Assembly: GCA_035553115.1 (NCBI GenBank)
Contig: DATNED010000158.1
Location: 2,579-66,578 of the forward strand
Origin: Terriglobales bacterium
Lineage (GTDB): Bacteria; Acidobacteriota; Terriglobia; Terriglobales; SCQP01
Direction of reading: 5' to 3'
Length of the DNA stretch: 64,000 nucleotides
Numbering within the stretch: position 1 is the first letter of the stretch; every line of letters begins with the position of its first letter. The notes beneath the pieces are model-generated. The model was not told where the DNA came from and made no database searches. It was given only the letters and a program-made list of their open reading frames with translations. This document shows positions 63,397 to 64,000 of the stretch, in pieces. The position numbers were made by a program, and so were the translations under genes.

Positions 63397-63468
63397 GGGG
63401 GTCGGAGCGGTCGCTGGGGCAGGGTTTGGGGTGCGGCCGCGGGGGGCTTTGGGGCATCTGTTGAGGGT

Positions 63469-63699
63469 GTGAACACGAGTTGCCTGGAGGGGCGGCGGTG
63501 CCCGCGGTGTGGGCAAGCGGAGATGCTGGTGGTGTTCGCGTCGGCGGCGGTGGATGTGACCGACGACGGCGCGGCGCTGTCGCGGTTCGGGGGAGACATC
63601 GAGTGGGGGGAAGATTCCTGGACCCGGTGTCCGGCGTGCAATCACGAGGACATTTGGCAGGCGTTTTGGGCTAGCGGAACTGTCTGGCGGCCACTTTAG
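63469..63699 (+). CDS. Possible small zinc-ribbon protein (about 76 aa)
   Basis: Two CxxC pairs (CPRCG ... CPACN) with GC3-rich codons dominated by G-ending triplets. The start is unclear: GTG 63469, or ATG 63522 which would lose the first CxxC. The track's ATG at 63349 runs through a T-rich repeat and looks non-coding. Confidence 0.3.
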   Translation: MNTSCLEGRRCPRCGQAEMLVVFASAAVDVTDDGAALSRFGGDIEWGEDSWTRCPACNHEDIWQAFWASGTVWRPL

Positions 63700-63712
63700 G
63701 GTCTTTGTTTTC
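63676..63712. repeat. Copy c of the repeated element
   Basis: GGAACT-gtctggcggccacttta-GGGTCT-ttgttttc. Overlaps the stop of the Zn-ribbon ORF. Confidence 0.5.
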
Positions 63713-63781
63713 AAGTGCTTGCGGCGGCATGCGATCCGCGCAGAGGCTGGAGAAAAAGGCGCGGGCGAGGGGGCCTGCTTC

Positions 63782-63902
63782 GCTCCGGCCGGAGCTACGC
63801 AGGGCAAGCTCCTGCGTTGCTCGATGCAGAGCAACCGGGCGCACCCGAGCGAAGAGTGGTTCGGTTGTCAAGAGTGCGCGGCTCGCCGCCCCTGGGGGCG
63901 GC
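63782..63902. other. Cluster of perfect palindrome and hairpins (possible structured RNA or protein-binding region)
   Basis: Four elements:
- 14-nt perfect palindrome GCTCCGGCCGGAGC (63782-63795).
- ACGCAGG-gcaagct-CCTGCGT (63797-63817).
- GTTGCTC-gatgca-GAGCAAC (63816-63835).
- GCCGCCC-ctgg-GGGCGGC (63885-63902).
No convincing ORF covers them. Confidence 0.3.
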
Positions 63903-64000
63903 CACCTCCTCGGCCGCGCATGTATTGAGGTGAGATGCCGCCTACTGCGGCGGGCGGTGCTTTGGTCCAGCAAAAGGCTAGGGGGCGGTGCCGATTTGGG

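Noticed and set aside
63349-63468. ATG at 63349 as the start of the Zn-ribbon ORF (116 aa version)
   Set aside because: The first 40 codons run through repeat copy b and a T-run (TTCTTTGTTTTTT) and encode Gly/Trp/Arg low-complexity sequence. This looks non-coding.
63282-63712. Reading the three related ~35-nt elements as a degenerate CRISPR array
   Set aside because: Spacing is irregular (77 bp, then 317 bp). The copies are only partly identical, there are only three, and no cas genes are present.
63979-64000. GGGGGCGGTGCCGATTTGGG at the window end as the 5' end of tmRNA
   Set aside because: tmRNA normally begins GGGG...GG(A/C/U)UUCGAC within about 21 nt. Here the corresponding positions read CGAUUUGGG, a poor match, and the rest lies outside the window.

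Overview
Visibly GC-rich bacterial chromosomal segment (GC not computed). My best guess is Acidobacteriota. This is an inference from an 824-aa duplicated orphan FtsX-type permease, a PEP-CTERM protein and many secreted TPR or orphan proteins. I call about 65 CDS and one tRNA. I found no rRNA, CRISPR array, transposase or integrase.

Gene content from left to right:
- Late flagellar genes flgH-I-J-M-N-K-L.
- ADH, mazG and a GNAT plus N-succinylamino-acid-racemase pair.
- DegT aminotransferase, orphan ABC permease, glmM and rpmE.
- A secreted-protease patch: an M48 and beta-propeller fusion, an S1 protease and small secreted orphans.
- fur-family, ligA, HAD.
- Sugar and amino-acid uptake genes and a two-component system.
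- A long co-directional minus-strand array: imuB, SRAP(yedK), dnaE2, ccmE-A-B-C-D, suhB-like, metallophosphoesterase.
- imuA on its own, then tRNA-Met, eno, gpmI and a BON, mscL, AbrB group.
- dnaK-dnaJ-hspR-pgpA.
- A GGDEF protein divergent from a sensor-less sigma-54 activator, followed by a large M14 peptidase.
- A repeat-rich non-coding tail.

Most interesting observations:
1. The SOS mutagenesis cassette is split and expanded. imuA and imuB each carry a copy of the same promoter-plus-operator module: TTGACA-N17-TAGACT, then an identical 18-mer built of TTCGC direct repeats. The two copies lie exactly 1650 bp apart. An SRAP gene is translationally coupled to dnaE2.
2. At least nine genes have a -10-like hexamer 6-8 nt before the start codon, which predicts leaderless mRNAs.
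3. CcmE carries the CxxxY (Cys) heme-binding variant, and there is an unlisted 49-aa ccmD.
4. A ~35-nt element occurs three times around a small Zn-ribbon ORF near 63.3-63.7 kb, followed by a run of perfect hairpins.

All calls rest on reading the translations and DNA by eye. No database search was run.
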